64,000 bases of DNA from Haliotis rufescens (Eukaryota). Position numbers and translations under genes: made by a program. Positions 62,601-64,000 of the stretch are shown in pieces (the first letter of the stretch is position 1; every line of letters begins with the position of its first letter). The stretch is from contig NW_025963813.1 in NCBI RefSeq assembly GCF_023055435.1, positions 16,554,001 to 16,618,000 on the forward strand, written 5' to 3'. Below the pieces are notes generated by a model. It worked only from the letters and a program-made list of their open reading frames with translations. It ran no database searches and had not been told where the DNA came from.

Positions 62601-63288
62601 AAATGCCATACGTAGGTATATGCTATACATAGGTAAACGCTGTAGGTAGGTAAATGCTGTACTTCGGTAAATGCTATACTTCGGTAAATGCTGTACCTAG
62701 GCAAATGCTGTACTTAGGTAAATGCTATACTCAGGTAAATGCTGTACTCAGGTAAATGCTGTACTCTGGTAAATGCTGTACTTACGTAAATGCTATATTT
62801 AGGCAAATGCTATACTTCGGTAAATGCTATACTTCGGTAAATGCCATACTCAGGTAAAAGCTATACATAGGTACATGCTATACACAGGTAAATGCAATAC
62901 ACAGGTCAATGCTATACACAGGTCAATGCTATACACAGGTAAATGCTATACACAGGTAAATGCTATACTCAGGTAAATGCTATACGTTTTGGGGTGGAGA
63001 GAAAACAGATATGAACATACCGCGATACAAAAAACACAATGCTGACCTTGACTGTGCACAGTTCCTTATTTCAGTCACATTTCCAGAAGGTTTCGATCAA
63101 ACTGGAATATGACTTTTCATTGTGTGTATACTGCATGTTACATGCTGCCAGAATGGAGCCGAGATCTTCAGCCACGGCAACAACTGGCCCCTGAGAGGGG
63201 GGAAACATTCCATCTGGGAGGGGGGCACGAGGGGCACGGCGTTCCTACACGGGGCGGGGCTCAAGAAGACTGGCTACACCTATAACGG
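53623..63288 (+). CDS. Arylsulfatase B/I/J-like sulfatase, first 10 exons (~317 aa; 3' part lies beyond the window)
   Basis: Exons 53623-53734 (signal peptide, [13 protein letters not shown]), 54891-55002 ([28 protein letters not shown]), 57349-57400 (SRNAFMTG; completes the formylglycine motif CSPSR), 58942-59045 (GYATHIVGK), 59306-59412 ([19 protein letters not shown]), 60220-60284, 60535-60636 ([14 protein letters not shown]), 61968-62031, 62290-62387 ([19 protein letters not shown]), 63152-63288 ([22 protein letters not shown]). All introns GT-AG and in phase. Confidence 0.95.
54627..54790 (-). mobile_element. SINE family A (arylsulfatase intron 1)
   Basis: Reverse-complement match to the family consensus. 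Confidence 0.85.
55087..55380 (+). mobile_element. V-SINE (family D), 5'-truncated
   Basis: V-domain-like CATACCAAAAGACGTTAAAAGATGGTAC...CCCTG.CTGGC.CTCGGCATTAAGGG, a (CA)n tract and a GCGACGTTAAAC tail. Confidence 0.75.
55737..56990. repeat. Compound (GTA)n/ACA trinucleotide satellite containing an assembly gap
   Basis: GTAGTAGTAACA-type units; N run 56654-56795. Confidence 0.97.
56654..56795. other. Assembly gap
   Basis: N run. Confidence 1.
56991..57232 (+). mobile_element. Family C short retroelement
   Basis: Match to the family including GTCGTAAGAG.CGACTAACGGGATCGGGTGG and the shared tail. Confidence 0.85.
57575..58920. repeat. 30-bp minisatellite, ~45 copies (arylsulfatase intron 3)
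   Basis: Unit TTGAATGATTCGTGTTGAACTCCCTCTTGC. Confidence 0.97.
60631..61512. repeat. ~22-bp minisatellite (arylsulfatase intron 7)
   Basis: Unit ACACAGGTACACTGACACAGAC, ~39 copies. Confidence 0.97.
62598..62985. repeat. 17-bp minisatellite (arylsulfatase intron 9)
   Basis: Unit AGGTAAATGCTATACAC with variants. Confidence 0.93.
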
Positions 63289-63619
63289 GTGAGATGGACT
63301 GTTTGTAGTATTGATGTTGGGCTGTTTTTATTGTTTTGTTTGATTCTCAGTCGAATGCTGAGCATCAGAGGGAGAGTCGATCAGAATAAATCTAATATTG
63401 TCCATGCCAGTTTCATGTGACGTAGTTCCAACTTAGATGACTTGCTTGTCAAGTAACATGTGTAGCATTCATTCATTTCCAAATGACAACTTTATCAGGT
63501 CACAAGATAAACATATTATTGGTCCAGTAGCGACAAGTGTTCATTTATTATGCCTTTTCCCGTACATCGTCACGCTCGTTCTCTGGAATAATTTCCAACA
63601 TAAAGTGTTATTTCACACG

Positions 63620-63970
63620 AAAGATAAAAACAGTATTTCATCATATATTATATGTTCAGATGAAAACAGTATCTCATCATATATATGTTCAGATAAAAAC
63701 AGTACTTCATGTTATATTTGCAGATAAAAAAGTATCAAATGTGTTCAGATAAAAACAGTATGTCATCACATATTTTCTGATAAAAACAGTATCTCATCAC
63801 ATATTTTCTGATAAAAACAGTATCTCATCACATATTTTCAAATACAAACAGTATCTCATCACATATTTTCAGATAAAAACACTATCTCATCACATATTTT
63901 CGGATAAAAACAGTATCTCATCATATATTTTCGGATAAAAACGGTACATGTATCGCATCATATTTTTCAT
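63620..63970. repeat. 31-bp minisatellite (arylsulfatase intron 10)
   Basis: Unit AGATAAAAACAGTATCTCATCACATATTTTC. Confidence 0.93.
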
Positions 63971-64000
63971 CACTAAATAATAAATTGACTCAGCTGACCT

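Noticed and set aside
1192-63288. A functional lysosomal cluster linking the SLC17 and arylsulfatase genes
   Set aside because: The genes are ~39 kb apart with unrelated genes between them, and both families are commonly expanded. Nothing in the sequence shows co-regulation.

Overview
Eukaryotic (animal) genomic DNA: AT-rich, intron-rich and repeat-dense, with two assembly gaps (41290-41506 and 56654-56795). The SINE repertoire and gene content suggest a mollusc, most likely a gastropod such as abalone; this is inference, not a database result. Almost all ORFs in the supplied track are spurious, so genes were rebuilt by hand from splice sites. (1) A complete 11-exon, ~514-aa SLC17/sialin-like MFS anion transporter on the minus strand (1192-14752). 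It lies in a tandem birth-and-death array with a duplicated first exon, a deleted pseudogene copy (20521-21542) and the 5' end of another copy at the left edge. (2) A 3-exon Ly6/three-finger (quiver/sleepless-like) gene, probably GPI-anchored (25040-29660). (3) An unrecognised 311-aa secreted protein with an acidic Thr/Asp-rich half and Met/Gly decapeptide repeats separated by RK pairs (33795-35693). (4) The first 10 exons of an arylsulfatase B/I/J-like gene (53623 to beyond the window), whose proximal promoter region is amplified 7 times in tandem. Mobile DNA includes a Sola2-like transposon, a near-intact mariner, a hAT MITE, Crypton-like hairpin elements, LINE remnants (Tx1/L1, R4/Dong, L2/CR1), four SINE-like families, a Penelope-like hammerhead palindrome and many minisatellites. 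No CRISPR array, rRNA or genuine tRNA gene was found. The best candidates for new biology are the repeat-bearing secreted precursor, the rewired SLC17 (first-exon replacement, altered proton-coupling residues), the strand-asymmetric hairpin elements, and repeats acting on splice sites and promoters.
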